Below, piece after piece: positions 10,201-18,706 of a stretch of DNA of 64,000 nucleotides. The notes under the pieces are model-generated. The model ran no database searches. It was not told the DNA's origin and saw only the letters and a program-made list of their open reading frames with translations. Positions within the stretch are counted from its first letter, which is position 1, and every line of letters begins with the position of its first letter. The stretch spans positions 3,115 to 67,114 of the forward strand of contig CAIMLG010000162.1 of the NCBI GenBank assembly GCA_903842235.1, written 5' to 3'. Both the position numbers and the translations under genes were made by a program. This DNA is from an uncultured Verrucomicrobia subdivision 3 bacterium. GTDB taxonomy: Bacteria > Verrucomicrobiota > Verrucomicrobiia > Limisphaerales > UBA11358.

Positions 10201-10750
10201 ATTCAATCAGGTCGAGCGGAGCAATTTTTTGGCCACGCTGAAGGTGCCGCGTGCGATCCCAAAGTTCCGTCGGGGAAAAGGTTTTTTGCAGCAGCGCGGC
10301 GACACTGGTCACCACGACTTTGGACTTTGGGCTGGGGGCATTGGACTCACCCGCCAGCGCGACCAACGTTTGCAACCGGTCGCTGATAACGTCGGCATGC
10401 GGCAGTTTGTCTTCGTGGGGCAAAATTTCCCAAGCCGGATAAAACAGCAGGTGGGAGCCAAGCGCTGGCCGATCGGCAGGTTCAGCTAGCGCCTGAACGG
10501 ATAACCACGTTTCCAAATCCTGCTGAATATTTTCCTGGGCCTTCAGGTTCTCGGCCACGACACAGATCGTCCGCTTGGGAAACAAGTAGCGCAGCAGGGC
10601 GGCCAAAAACGGTCGGGCCGGCGCGGCGATGCCGGAAAAAGACAATGCTCCGCCAGCCTCCAGTCGCCGGGCCAGGGATTGCCCGGCGGGCGTCTGCGCG
10701 AGGTCAGCGAACAATTGGCCGGCCGCTGGCGAAGGTTCCGGTTTCGTCAA
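7220..10750 (-). CDS. mfd: transcription-repair coupling factor Mfd
   Basis: 1176 aa. It has an RNAP-interaction region ([16 protein letters not shown]). SF2 translocase motifs are [49 protein letters not shown] and QLRGRVGR. The overall architecture is canonical for Mfd. Confidence 0.95.
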   Translation of the reverse strand: MTKPEPSPAAGQLFADLAQTPAGQSLARRLEAGGALSFSGIAAPARPFLAALLRYLFPKRTICVVAENLKAQENIQQDLETWLSVQALAEPADRPALGSHLLFYPAWEILPHEDKLPHADVISDRLQTLVALAGESNAPSPKSKVVVTSVAALLQKTFSPTELWDRTRHLQRGQKIAPLDLIEFLEAQGYEPEAQVTQKGELSMRGGIVDLFAPTNPWPVRLEFFGDELESLRFFDPQTQISREEIPSVTLPPAGELGVLKQKQKGATQPATLLDHLPSETIFLFGDPAALAVYAETYAQQIPAGDPFFISWLVFLDELNRRGFTSLELNEPVELVPDQRDEAPDVLQVNPGPRPAPARADARSTGPVFASLDAFRPLVERAPEPQIAEAQRREFFQQLHRWLRQDYVVHVFCNNDGERQRFTEIWDELGLAERPKPKVQNPKSAGHTPLGPLDLGLWTHLGSLARGFICDAAKLVVVTDAEIFGRYKIQRPRRQKSVHALAARSALDIDFTDLEEGDLVVHLQHGIGRYLGLKNLPAGRGGRGTETPISSPPPAAECLVIEYAPANAGEELPKLYVPVSEAHLVSKYVGAGKAHPPLNQLGGTRWAKAKEQTEEAVRDIAAEMLRIQAVRETQPGHPCQPDTQWQREFESAFIYEETPDQVTAIAETKADQERPKPMDRLICGDVGFGKTEVAIRAAFKAVMDGKQVAILVPTTVLAQQHFNNFRERMADYPIRVELLSRFRTRREQAKVIQDLAAGAVDIVIGTHRLVQEDIAFKDLGLVVIDEEQRFGVLHKERFKRLRTIVDVLTLSATPIPRTLYLALTGARDMSTIQTPPHDRLPVETIATAYDERVIRDAIQRELQRGGQVFFLHNRVTTIDTMLAKLQSLVPDACIVVGHGQMHADDLEEVMTRFVNGEADVLLSTTIIESGLDIPNANTIIIDRADRFGLSELYQLRGRVGRYKHQAYAYLLLPRHARLLTDVRKRISAMKQYASLGSGFKIAMRDLEIRGAGNLLGAEQSGHITAVGFELYCQLLKQSVGALKGEKVKPRIEVRVALDFLGNAANLPENYVPEPHHRIEIYRKLAQVDEKSLIEALQKELRDRFGPLPASVELLLAVGELKLLASEKGVTTIEVEEDKLKLVRHGDFLQFGGKFPRLTKKETKSRLKEIKRLLLAL
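9375..9450. repeat. imperfect palindromic cluster of GTCCAAAG/CTTTGGAC units inside mfd
   Basis: GTCCAAAG (9375-9382) pairs perfectly with CTTTGGAC (9443-9450). GTCCAAA (9389-9395) pairs with TTTGGAC (9430-9436). On the coding strand the region reads in frame as [25 protein letters not shown]. Confidence 0.6.
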
Positions 10751-10797
10751 ACGCGGGCAAGTTCGCAGCCGCCGGGACGTTCGTCAAGCAGGGCGGA

Positions 10798-12429
10798 TTA
10801 TTTCGCGCTTGCATCCGGGGGCTCAACCCAGCCAACGGCCTCCTGCACGCGCAGGTTTTCCATCGGATTGACGGGGCCGGCCGGGGAAGCCTCCACCGGA
10901 TTGAAGTGGGCGGTATTCCGGGACAAAAAGTAAACCAGTTGGGAACCCCAAACCTGCGTATAGGGTTCGTCATACCAGCCTTGGGGGCCAGTGGGCGCCG
11001 GCGGCAAATTGGCGGGCGGAGTCGCGTTGCGGCGCGGTGGCGGCAGATCCCCGACGACCAAAACCCGGTGGCCGGAGCGAAGGGTGGCTTTGATGGCTGC
11101 CAACACCGGGCCCACCGGATTGGTCATTTGAATCTGGGTTTTGATTTGATCGTATCGGTGAAAACGGAAATCGGAAATCGGCGGCAGCGTCGTCCACGGC
11201 GTTGTGCCCCGGTAATTCCGCGCAAAGGTGATGCCATAATACCACGGGTGAACAATAATCAAATCCTCCGAGCCCGCCAGACCCGTGACCCGCGCCGCCA
11301 CCTGGTCCCCGTTGGTCTGCTTCATTTGCAATGCGGCCGGATTCATGATGCCAGCCCAAACCGCGATGCCAACGGCGACCGCCAAACTCCAAATTCGCGC
11401 GGCCGGATGCAGGCGGGGCAAAATGGCATCGCAGCACACCGCAGCGAAAACCAGCGCGGGCACATAATACCACGGCTCGGTCGGCAAGCGCGACAGCTTG
11501 ATAAAGCAGCCAAACCCAACCAGCCCCAGCCCCAGGGCCAGACTTGCGAATAAAAGCAAATCGCGGTGCCGGGATGTTTCGGTGGACGACTTTTGCCACC
11601 CGCCGCACCCCAATCCCATTGATCCCGCGAACAGGATCAGCACCACCCAAACGCCGAGCAGCGCCCCCGTCGCTTCGCTGATCAGACGTAAAAAACCGGC
11701 CAGATGGAGCCCGCTTTTGCTCAACATCCACCAGTCTTGGGCGTGGTGCAGCGGCGCGACATAAGGCAGCAACGAAACGGCGGCGACCGCGCCAATCCCC
11801 AAAACGCCCAGCCCGTGACGGGGCTGCCGGCGGCGTAAACAAACTACCGCCCCGGCCAGACCAATGCCCAGCAACAGAAAGGCGTTCTGGTAAAGGGTCT
11901 GCACGCTCAAGACACTAAACCCGCAGGCCAACCACCAGCGCGACGGTTTGGGATCCGCCATGAAACGCCACACCAAAGCCAGGGATAAAACAATCAGCGC
12001 GCTGCCCAAACCATAGGCGCGGAGCGAATCGCCGTAACGAATGACGGTGAAATTCAAGCCGGCGAGCGCCAGTGCCATGAGCGGCAGGCCCCGGTCCATC
12101 ATCCGACTGGCCAGCCAATACGCCGCCAGCAACCCCAGCCCGCAAACCAGCCCCAACATCCGCAGCCCGGCATCGCTGCCCCCGAAGCCAAGCGCCACCC
12201 AGCCGCGCACCAACAACAGAAACAGCAGCGGACAATGATCATGCGGCATGGCATCGCAAACCTGATCCAGCGTCGGCAGCGTGGCGATATCCACCACGCA
12301 AATTTCGTCCCGCCACAGCCCGCCGGCATGCGCCACCGAGAACCACTGCCAAAGCAAGGCGACGACGGTGATCAAAAGGGCCGCCGTCCATTCGGCGGAA
12401 GCCAGGTTTCGTCGAAAAAAAACGCGCAT
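10798..12429 (-). CDS. polytopic membrane protein, GT-C (ArnT/PMT-like) glycosyltransferase-like
   Basis: 543 aa with many hydrophobic helices in the N-terminal two thirds and a soluble C-terminal domain. It is a tandem paralogue-like neighbour of 12433..14046. No catalytic motif was confirmed. Confidence 0.55.
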   Translation of the reverse strand: MRVFFRRNLASAEWTAALLITVVALLWQWFSVAHAGGLWRDEICVVDIATLPTLDQVCDAMPHDHCPLLFLLLVRGWVALGFGGSDAGLRMLGLVCGLGLLAAYWLASRMMDRGLPLMALALAGLNFTVIRYGDSLRAYGLGSALIVLSLALVWRFMADPKPSRWWLACGFSVLSVQTLYQNAFLLLGIGLAGAVVCLRRRQPRHGLGVLGIGAVAAVSLLPYVAPLHHAQDWWMLSKSGLHLAGFLRLISEATGALLGVWVVLILFAGSMGLGCGGWQKSSTETSRHRDLLLFASLALGLGLVGFGCFIKLSRLPTEPWYYVPALVFAAVCCDAILPRLHPAARIWSLAVAVGIAVWAGIMNPAALQMKQTNGDQVAARVTGLAGSEDLIIVHPWYYGITFARNYRGTTPWTTLPPISDFRFHRYDQIKTQIQMTNPVGPVLAAIKATLRSGHRVLVVGDLPPPRRNATPPANLPPAPTGPQGWYDEPYTQVWGSQLVYFLSRNTAHFNPVEASPAGPVNPMENLRVQEAVGWVEPPDASAK

Positions 12430-12432
12430 GGG

Positions 12433-14046
12433 TCAATGATTAGTGGCCGACGGGCCGGCCCCACGGGGCTTTCGTTGATAGACTTGCAGTTCGACATCCC
12501 CGACCTTGCCGCCGGCCTGAGAATTCGCGAACAGCTCCAACCGTTGGTAATTCGCTCGATACGTTCCCCACCACTGAAAGATAGCCTGGCTCGATCCTTT
12601 GTGCTGGCCCCAGGAAGTATCACCTTGGACAAAGATGATGAATTCCGGAGCAACCGACTCGATTTCGCGAATCATTTCCTCCTGCATTTTCCCGGCAAAC
12701 GGCTGATCCTCCAGCAGTGCGTAAGTATAAATATAGCCGGTGGCGGAACGGCGGTGGGCGAGAAAATAGATTTCCGGCTCCGATCCCAAGACGGCGATCC
12801 GGGCCGTGGCCGGCGAATGATCGCGAATATACTCGGCGACTTGCTCGGCTTCCGCAAATAGTGGCAAGCCGTAAATCACCTTTGAGGCTTGAACTGGCGG
12901 GGTCAGAAACCACACCTCCCGGTTCAGCCCAAACATCGCCGCGAGCAGCACGGCATAGACCAGGAGCAGGGATTTTCGGAACGCTGCCTGGCCTTCCTTG
13001 ACTTGAATCACCGCCGCCAGTCCGGAGATGGCAAACCCGGCAAACAGCGCCACCGCCGGCAGCACCACCAGAAAGTAATGCGCCCGGAAATAAAAGCCCG
13101 GCACGGTTGCCAGCGCCGAGGCCAGGCCCAAGCCCAGCCAGAACCAGCGTGAGCCGCGCAAGCGGCCATCGGCCCAGAGCAGCCCGCCGCCAACCGCCGC
13201 CAACAGCCAGAGGATAAAAGTTGATGCCACCACAGCGGGAAAGGCCACTTTGAAACGCGCCCAACCGGTGCTCCAAGTGGTGAGCTGCTCATATTGCCGC
13301 GCGTAATCCACCGTCCAAAACCAGAACTGGGCAAACACGCCCGCGTGCCAGAGCCACAGGCCACACCAACCCAGCGGCAGCGCCATTGCCCCGCCCAAGA
13401 TCGCCACGAAACCCAGCCGCCGGCGCCAGGTTTCCCGCGCCGCCAGCAATTTTTCCACGGCAAACATCAGTCCCGCCCCCGCGGCGATCAGGACGGCGTG
13501 TTGTTTCATCAGCACCGCCAGACCAAACGCCAGGCCACTGACCAGCAGCCAGCGTTGCCCCCCCGTTTGCCGCGCTTGCCAGAGTCCGCACAGACCGGCG
13601 GTCACAAAAAACGCGCAGAAATGCGTCGCGTGACCGGCCAAGCCCAGCATGGATGGGCTCGCCGCCAGCATTGCGTAACTGGTTGCCGCGACAATTCCAG
13701 CGGTTTCATCCAGAATTTTTTTGCCCAGCCAGAACAGCATCAATGCAGTGGTTGTGGTCATCAGCAAAAGACCAAGGTGAATTCCTGCCGGCGTCTCCCC
13801 GAAAACCGCCATAATGGTGGCATAGGCCAGATACGTTCCGGGAAATTTCATGTTGTAGGCCAGCTCGTAGGGCGGAATGCCTTGTAAAATGAGCTGACCG
13901 GCGTAGGCGTATTCGCCCTCGTCACGTTCGAGCGGCAAATCAAGCAGCCGCAGCCGCACAAACGCGATGAGCGCCAGCACCGCAAACATAAACCACCACG
14001 GCCAGTGGCGTTGAAAAGTGCGGGAACGGATTTCCGGCGGCGTCAT
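12433..14046 (-). CDS. GT-C family (family 39/ArnT-like) membrane glycosyltransferase
   Basis: The N-terminus LDLPLERDEGEYAYAGQLILQGIPPYELAYNMKFPG resembles the first periplasmic loop (D/E-x-D/E region) of ArnT/PMT-type enzymes. About 10 or more predicted TM helices are followed by a soluble C-terminal domain. Confidence 0.65.
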   Translation of the reverse strand: MTPPEIRSRTFQRHWPWWFMFAVLALIAFVRLRLLDLPLERDEGEYAYAGQLILQGIPPYELAYNMKFPGTYLAYATIMAVFGETPAGIHLGLLLMTTTTALMLFWLGKKILDETAGIVAATSYAMLAASPSMLGLAGHATHFCAFFVTAGLCGLWQARQTGGQRWLLVSGLAFGLAVLMKQHAVLIAAGAGLMFAVEKLLAARETWRRRLGFVAILGGAMALPLGWCGLWLWHAGVFAQFWFWTVDYARQYEQLTTWSTGWARFKVAFPAVVASTFILWLLAAVGGGLLWADGRLRGSRWFWLGLGLASALATVPGFYFRAHYFLVVLPAVALFAGFAISGLAAVIQVKEGQAAFRKSLLLVYAVLLAAMFGLNREVWFLTPPVQASKVIYGLPLFAEAEQVAEYIRDHSPATARIAVLGSEPEIYFLAHRRSATGYIYTYALLEDQPFAGKMQEEMIREIESVAPEFIIFVQGDTSWGQHKGSSQAIFQWWGTYRANYQRLELFANSQAGGKVGDVELQVYQRKPRGAGPSATNH

Positions 14047-14097
14047 GCGGAGGCATGAGACAAAATTGAGCCGGCAAATTCAAACCAATTTGCCGGA

Positions 14098-15060
14098 TTG
14101 AAACTGCCGCCCTCCCGTTTCAGCGTGGCCATTCCCGTTGCGATTTTAATTTTCTGGCTTACGCTGGAGGCCATGCTTTCGCTCGAACAACTGGCCGGAT
14201 TGCTGGAGAACCACCGCCCCGCAGCGGCGGCGCGCGTGCAGGAATTCTCCCTCGGCGGCCAAAACTTTCCGTTCAATTCCTCCCCCGCCATCATGGGCGT
14301 GATCAACCTCTCCGCCGACTCGTGGTATCGCGAAAGCATCTGCCTCTCGGCGGCGGCGGCGGTGCAGCGCGGCCGGGTGCTCGCGGCGCAGGGCGCACAA
14401 ATCATTGACGTTGGCGCCGAATCCACGCTCGGCCACGCGGCCCGGGTGGATGCCGCCGGGCAAACCGCGCAACTTCTTCCCGTCATCGGCGGCCTGCGGG
14501 AGCAAAACATACTCGTCTCGGTGGAAACCTATTCGCCCGCCGTCACCCGCGCCACGCTCGAAGCCGGGGCGAATCTTCTGAATCTCACGGGCACGGAAGC
14601 GTCTGAAGAGATGTTCAAAATGGTCGCCGACCACGAGGCCGCGGTGATTATCTGCTACGTCGCCGGCAAAAATGTCCGGGCAGTCGGCGATTTCGATTTG
14701 AGCGCCGACCCGATCCCGATGCTGCGGGAGTTTTTCGCCAGGCAGATCGAAACCGCGCAGCGCTGTGGCGTAAAGAAGATTATTTTGGATCCCGGCCTCG
14801 GTTTTTATTACCGCAATCTCCAGGACAGCGCCGGGCGCGTGCGGCACCAGATGAAGATATTTCTGAACACCTTCCGACTGCGGGAGCTGGGGTTTCCCGT
14901 TTGCCACGCCTTGCCGCATGCGTTTGAATTTTTCCAGGAGGAGGTTCGCGGTGCGGAGCCATTCTTCGCGGTGCTCGCCACCTTGGGCAAAACGGATTTG
15001 TTCCGCACCCACGAAGTTCCGCGCATCAAGGCGGTGCTGGATACGCTGCAGGTTTTTTAG
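14098..15060 (+). CDS. dihydropteroate synthase-like pterin-binding protein
   Basis: IMGVINLSADSW, IIDVGAEST, VSVETY, LLNLTG and ILDPGLGF align with the conserved DHPS blocks, with several substitutions. The ATG at 14173 (MLSLEQ...) is an alternative start. Confidence 0.7.
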   Translation: MKLPPSRFSVAIPVAILIFWLTLEAMLSLEQLAGLLENHRPAAAARVQEFSLGGQNFPFNSSPAIMGVINLSADSWYRESICLSAAAAVQRGRVLAAQGAQIIDVGAESTLGHAARVDAAGQTAQLLPVIGGLREQNILVSVETYSPAVTRATLEAGANLLNLTGTEASEEMFKMVADHEAAVIICYVAGKNVRAVGDFDLSADPIPMLREFFARQIETAQRCGVKKIILDPGLGFYYRNLQDSAGRVRHQMKIFLNTFRLRELGFPVCHALPHAFEFFQEEVRGAEPFFAVLATLGKTDLFRTHEVPRIKAVLDTLQVF

Positions 15061-15170
15061 CTCACGGCGTCGTTACCGCAGAGAGGCCAAAGCAAATAAC
15101 TTCCGGCTGCGGAATCAGGCGCATGCCCCGCCGCGCACGCGGCCCGGAAAAGCCCCTTCAAAACGCCCGT

Positions 15171-15199
15171 TTGCCATTTCACAAACTCGTTCATATACT
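15171..15199 (+). promoter_or_regulatory. sigma-70-type promoter for tRNA-Arg
   Basis: TTGCCA (15171-15176), an exact 17-nt spacer, then TATACT (15194-15199), ending 13 nt upstream of the mature tRNA 5' end. Confidence 0.5.
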
Positions 15200-15212
15200 A
15201 ATTTCATGGGTT

Positions 15213-15289
15213 GCACCTGTAGCTCAGTTGGATAGAGCATCTGCCTTCTAAGCAGAATGTCGTGGGTTCGAATCCCGCCAGGCGCACCA
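15213..15289 (+). tRNA. tRNA-Arg (anticodon TCT)
   Basis: Manual cloverleaf. The acceptor GCACCTG/CAGGCGC has one A-C mismatch. The D arm is GCTC-AGTTGGATA-GAGC. The anticodon stem TCTGC/GCAGA carries the loop CTTCTAA. The T arm is GTGGG-TTCGAAT-CCCGC. The discriminator is A and the CCA is encoded. Confidence 0.9.
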
Positions 15290-15360
15290 TTTTCTTAGGC
15301 CGTCACGCCACTGGTCATACCACCAGTGAGGGTTACACGCGCTCAGTTGCATAACGCAAC

Positions 15361-16710
15361 ATGAGCACCAAATACGAACAAGTCGAAACCGGCATCTACC
15401 GATACGTCATCCCGGCAAGGCCTGGGAAGAATGGCAAAAAAACCAAGGCAATCGTCACATACCACGAGCGACCAACGATCAACGGGGAACGCACGTTTCG
15501 GTCTTTGGGTGTCAATTTCACCCGTCAAACCTCGCTCAAAAATGGCAGGGAGGAATATCAGCGGCGCCGCACCGAGATTGCCGCTGGCCGTGATCCATAC
15601 GCTGGACAGGTTGCAAAGACCCCGGAGGTCAAAGTACTCACCGGTGGCGACGTGATTGCTCGCTACGAACTCGACTCCTATCCAGACAAACACAAATGTA
15701 AACGCACGGGCCGTACTCTGGACGACGAAATATCCCACTGCGAAAAGTTAAAGCCGTTTTGGTCTGATGTTCCCGTGGACAAGTCAGGACCTGGCGCCTG
15801 CGATCGTTATCACACGTTCCGATGCGCTCAAGGGTTCCGCATGGGTAGCGGGGCGAGAACCGTGGATCGTGAGCTGAACACTCTCAACAACGCGTTCCGC
15901 TGGGCTGTTAGGTGTGAGTTGCTAAAGAGCAACCCGCTAGCAGAGCGTCCCCACTACCAAAAATCTACCGACGTGAAGCATTGCCGTGAATTCATGCCGC
16001 GAGACGCTGAAGAACTCCACGATGCCGCCCGTGAGTTCTTCAAGCACCCGCACTCAGTAGTTTTGGGCTTCCAGTTGCTGTCAGAGGCATACAGCAGTCT
16101 ACGCACACAGGAGGTTCTAAAGTGGGGTGTTGATATCTTTGGAAGTGCCACCAGCGACGGCAAAAATATCAACGTATGGCGTTGCAAGGGCCAGCACAGC
16201 GTTTCCCCATTCGTGACCGTGAACGAGGGAATGGCGGCCTTGAGGAAAGCTCATGCAGATTGGAAGGCAGTCAATTATCCAGATGCCTCTGAATTCTTTC
16301 CCAGCCACTGCGGAGGCTCTGTGAGCAAGGGAGCCCTTGTTCGAGCACTCGGTCGTTTATTCAAGTCCGGAATGATCAAGCGGAAGCTCACGTCACATGG
16401 GGCCGGCCGGGCATTCTACGTCCTAGTGCGCCGCAGCCACGGGATCTCTGACGCACAAATTGCCAGCGAGTTGGGCCATACCAGCGGCGGGGCCTGCATC
16501 ACCAGCACGTACGGGGGAGTGCCAGACGCGTGGCGCAAAGGGGATGGGCCGCGGCTGAGTTGGTTGCCGGCGGTGCCAGCGTGGGATGCCCTAGAAAAAG
16601 CTGACTGGAAGTTTACATGCCCGGCAGACAAAAAGCATGGTCAAAAAACACCGACGCAAAATGTTAATTCTGGCCCTCTTGCAGGGAGCAAACCAACCGA
16701 TAAACAATGA
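15361..16710 (+). CDS. int: tyrosine-type site-specific integrase
   Basis: Box I-like SSLRTQEVLKW, box II-like LTSHGAGRAFYVLV and ELGHTSGGACITSTYGG (LGH...Y). It lies directly 3' of a tRNA gene. Confidence 0.8.
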   Translation: MSTKYEQVETGIYRYVIPARPGKNGKKTKAIVTYHERPTINGERTFRSLGVNFTRQTSLKNGREEYQRRRTEIAAGRDPYAGQVAKTPEVKVLTGGDVIARYELDSYPDKHKCKRTGRTLDDEISHCEKLKPFWSDVPVDKSGPGACDRYHTFRCAQGFRMGSGARTVDRELNTLNNAFRWAVRCELLKSNPLAERPHYQKSTDVKHCREFMPRDAEELHDAAREFFKHPHSVVLGFQLLSEAYSSLRTQEVLKWGVDIFGSATSDGKNINVWRCKGQHSVSPFVTVNEGMAALRKAHADWKAVNYPDASEFFPSHCGGSVSKGALVRALGRLFKSGMIKRKLTSHGAGRAFYVLVRRSHGISDAQIASELGHTSGGACITSTYGGVPDAWRKGDGPRLSWLPAVPAWDALEKADWKFTCPADKKHGQKTPTQNVNSGPLAGSKPTDKQ

Positions 16711-16833
16711 AGCAGCCATCTTGGAATTCTGCGGAATCACAGAGGAACAGCTCTACGAAGCGATGTTCTCAAAGCTCTCAGAGGAGTCACTTGAAAAGCA
16801 GTGGCGCTTCAGGGGGGAATTGGCGGCGAGGAA

Positions 16834-17046
16834 TCACGCCGAGACAAGCAACGCGTCAAGATCGGGAACGTAATATCTGCGCTCCTGACGGGTGTCCACG
16901 CCCAGTTTCAAATATTTAAACCGAACTTTTCCAGGCACCGGTTCGTCGCTCCAGGGGATGGCGCGGCGCAAGATGGTGTCGGCGCTTACGTCAATGTGGT
17001 CGGCGCCGCCAGATAGGCATTTCCAGTTGTTATTGTTCATACACAT
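16834..17046 (-). CDS. putative excisionase/AlpA-like HTH protein
   Basis: LSGGADHIDVSADTILRRAI...GKVRFKYLKLGVDTRQERRYYVPDLDALL follows the HTH_17/excisionase layout (helix-turn-helix, then K.G....R...(D/E)L(D/E)..L). It is adjacent to int. Confidence 0.4.
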   Translation of the reverse strand: MCMNNNNWKCLSGGADHIDVSADTILRRAIPWSDEPVPGKVRFKYLKLGVDTRQERRYYVPDLDALLVSA

Positions 17047-17244
17047 CTGGGCGCGTGTAACCCCGATAAAACCGGCCGGTTCCTATCCAACCATTCATGG
17101 AGTTTTGCGCTGTTCGGCAGCTCACGCTGACGATTGCTGACCTCCCTTGGCGGCAGCCGAAATTAAGAGGCAGTCCGATAATGCACGCGGAGCAGCATTG
17201 TTTGAAAAATTGGCAAGTGGAGCATGTGTTCATACGCTTGTCCT

Positions 17245-17973
17245 TCATTGGTCAGCCGGGCTGTATTCCCCGTTCAGCACTGCCGCGATCCCGGCTTCCT
17301 TCGTCGCGTACACCTTGCTCATCTCCTCCCAGTTTCGGTTCACTAGGCCAGCCACGTGCCGCTTCGCATCAGCATCAGCCTTCTCTTGATACGACCTGAA
17401 CCCCCGGGCCACCTGGTCCCCATTCGCACTTGAAGCCCGCGCCAGTGTGGGGAACTTCTCCGCGAAATCGTTGGCCAACTCTATCAGCTTGTCCCTGGAA
17501 AGGCCCGCAGCTTGCCCCAGTTGTTCGCGAGTTAGCCCTCTGTTCTCGGTGTAATTTATGAAGATCAACGCCTTCGCTTCGCGGGCACGTTGAGCAGTCA
17601 TCGGGATCCCGGCATCCTCACACACGAACGGCTTCCAGATCCACGCGAGCATCTGACGCATCACCACCGCCGCCATGGACATGACCGCTTCCTCGGCAGT
17701 CTCCACGTCGCAGTCCAACTCGACCGTGGTTCCAACAATTTCTCCGCTCTCAAACGCGACGGCCTGAGCATCGGGAAGCTCTCTACGGACGGAGCGAGGC
17801 CGAGGCTCACGAAGCGCCCGTTCAAGCTTAGTTAACTGCTCGTCTTCCAAGTACCGCGCGGCCTTGGCGACCTGCTGGCGGACTACCTTCAATTCATCAG
17901 GCGGGACGGGCCGCATTGCAAGGTCGCCGAAATGTTGGACGATACAGGCCATTGGGACGAAGTCATTTTTCAT
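17245..17973 (-). CDS. hypothetical protein (element cargo)
   Basis: ORF 17245..18063 is trimmed here to the ATG at 17973 (MKNDFVPMA...), which removes a 77-nt overlap with the sigma factor gene. A possible HTH-like stretch is GLTREQLGQAAGLSRDKLIELA. No further motif was recognised. Confidence 0.45.
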   Translation of the reverse strand: MKNDFVPMACIVQHFGDLAMRPVPPDELKVVRQQVAKAARYLEDEQLTKLERALREPRPRSVRRELPDAQAVAFESGEIVGTTVELDCDVETAEEAVMSMAAVVMRQMLAWIWKPFVCEDAGIPMTAQRAREAKALIFINYTENRGLTREQLGQAAGLSRDKLIELANDFAEKFPTLARASSANGDQVARGFRSYQEKADADAKRHVAGLVNRNWEEMSKVYATKEAGIAAVLNGEYSPADQ

Positions 17974-17986
17974 AGGTGTGATGTGT

Positions 17987-18706
17987 TTAGGCAGCGACAA
18001 AGGGTTGATACCGTTTCCGGAAACGAACGAGCGACGCATCCACGATTTGTCGGACGCGTTCACGACTGAGATTGTACTTCTGGGACAGTTCTTCGAGATT
18101 CATACCCTGCCAAAACCGATCGACGATTAAGGAGCGTTCGCGGCACGACAGGGAGTTGATGAAGGCAGCTAGAATACTGGAGCGGTGTTCAGCATGAATG
18201 GCGTCACTAAATGCATCTGCGGGGTCCGCCAATACCTCAGCCAACGTCATTGGATTTTCCTCAGTGCCTATAGTTGCATCCAGGTGTTCAAACGCATGCT
18301 CCGTTTCATGAGGCTTGAGCGTGATCTCACACTCCACTCCTGCATCAAGGGCCTTCTCAACCAGCCGTCGTTTTTCCAAAACATACGCCGGAATATGGAT
18401 GATGCGATTTGTAGACATGTACCCATTCATCAGCCGCATGACCCACCATCCGGCGTATGATAAGAATTTTATGTTGGGCTGGTTATAGCGCCGCCAGCCT
18501 TCCAACAGTCCCCGCATCCCGGCGGCGTGCAGCTCCTTTAAAGAGCATGTTTTGTTGTAGGTGTGCGACGCGCACAAATTACGGGCCTTCCACCGTACGA
18601 ACGGCTCGTGCAACATCACGTCGTCCCAGCACTGCGGGCAGTCGCGACGTTGCTTTAACGAGCGTGCGGGTGTCGTTTCAATTGTTTCAGCGGTGCCAGT
18701 GTTCAT
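17987..18706 (-). CDS. sigma-70 family RNA polymerase sigma factor
   Basis: Region 2-like MRGLLEGWRRYNQPNIKFLSYAGWWVMRLMNGYMSTNRIIHIP. Region 4-like LSCRERSLIVDRFWQGMNLEELSQKYNLSRERVRQIVDASLVRFRK. Confidence 0.8.
   Translation of the reverse strand: MNTGTAETIETTPARSLKQRRDCPQCWDDVMLHEPFVRWKARNLCASHTYNKTCSLKELHAAGMRGLLEGWRRYNQPNIKFLSYAGWWVMRLMNGYMSTNRIIHIPAYVLEKRRLVEKALDAGVECEITLKPHETEHAFEHLDATIGTEENPMTLAEVLADPADAFSDAIHAEHRSSILAAFINSLSCRERSLIVDRFWQGMNLEELSQKYNLSRERVRQIVDASLVRFRKRYQPFVAA

Noticed and set aside
15309-15328. 7-bp hairpin CACTGGT-CATACC-ACCAGTG between the tRNA and int, considered as a possible tRNA terminator or integrase arm site.
   Set aside because: It has no following T-run and no second copy in the element, so support is insufficient.
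16637-16873. 78-aa plus-strand ORF overlapping the integrase 3' end and the excisionase-like ORF.
   Set aside because: It overlaps two better-supported features at both ends and has no motif. It cannot be distinguished from a chance ORF.
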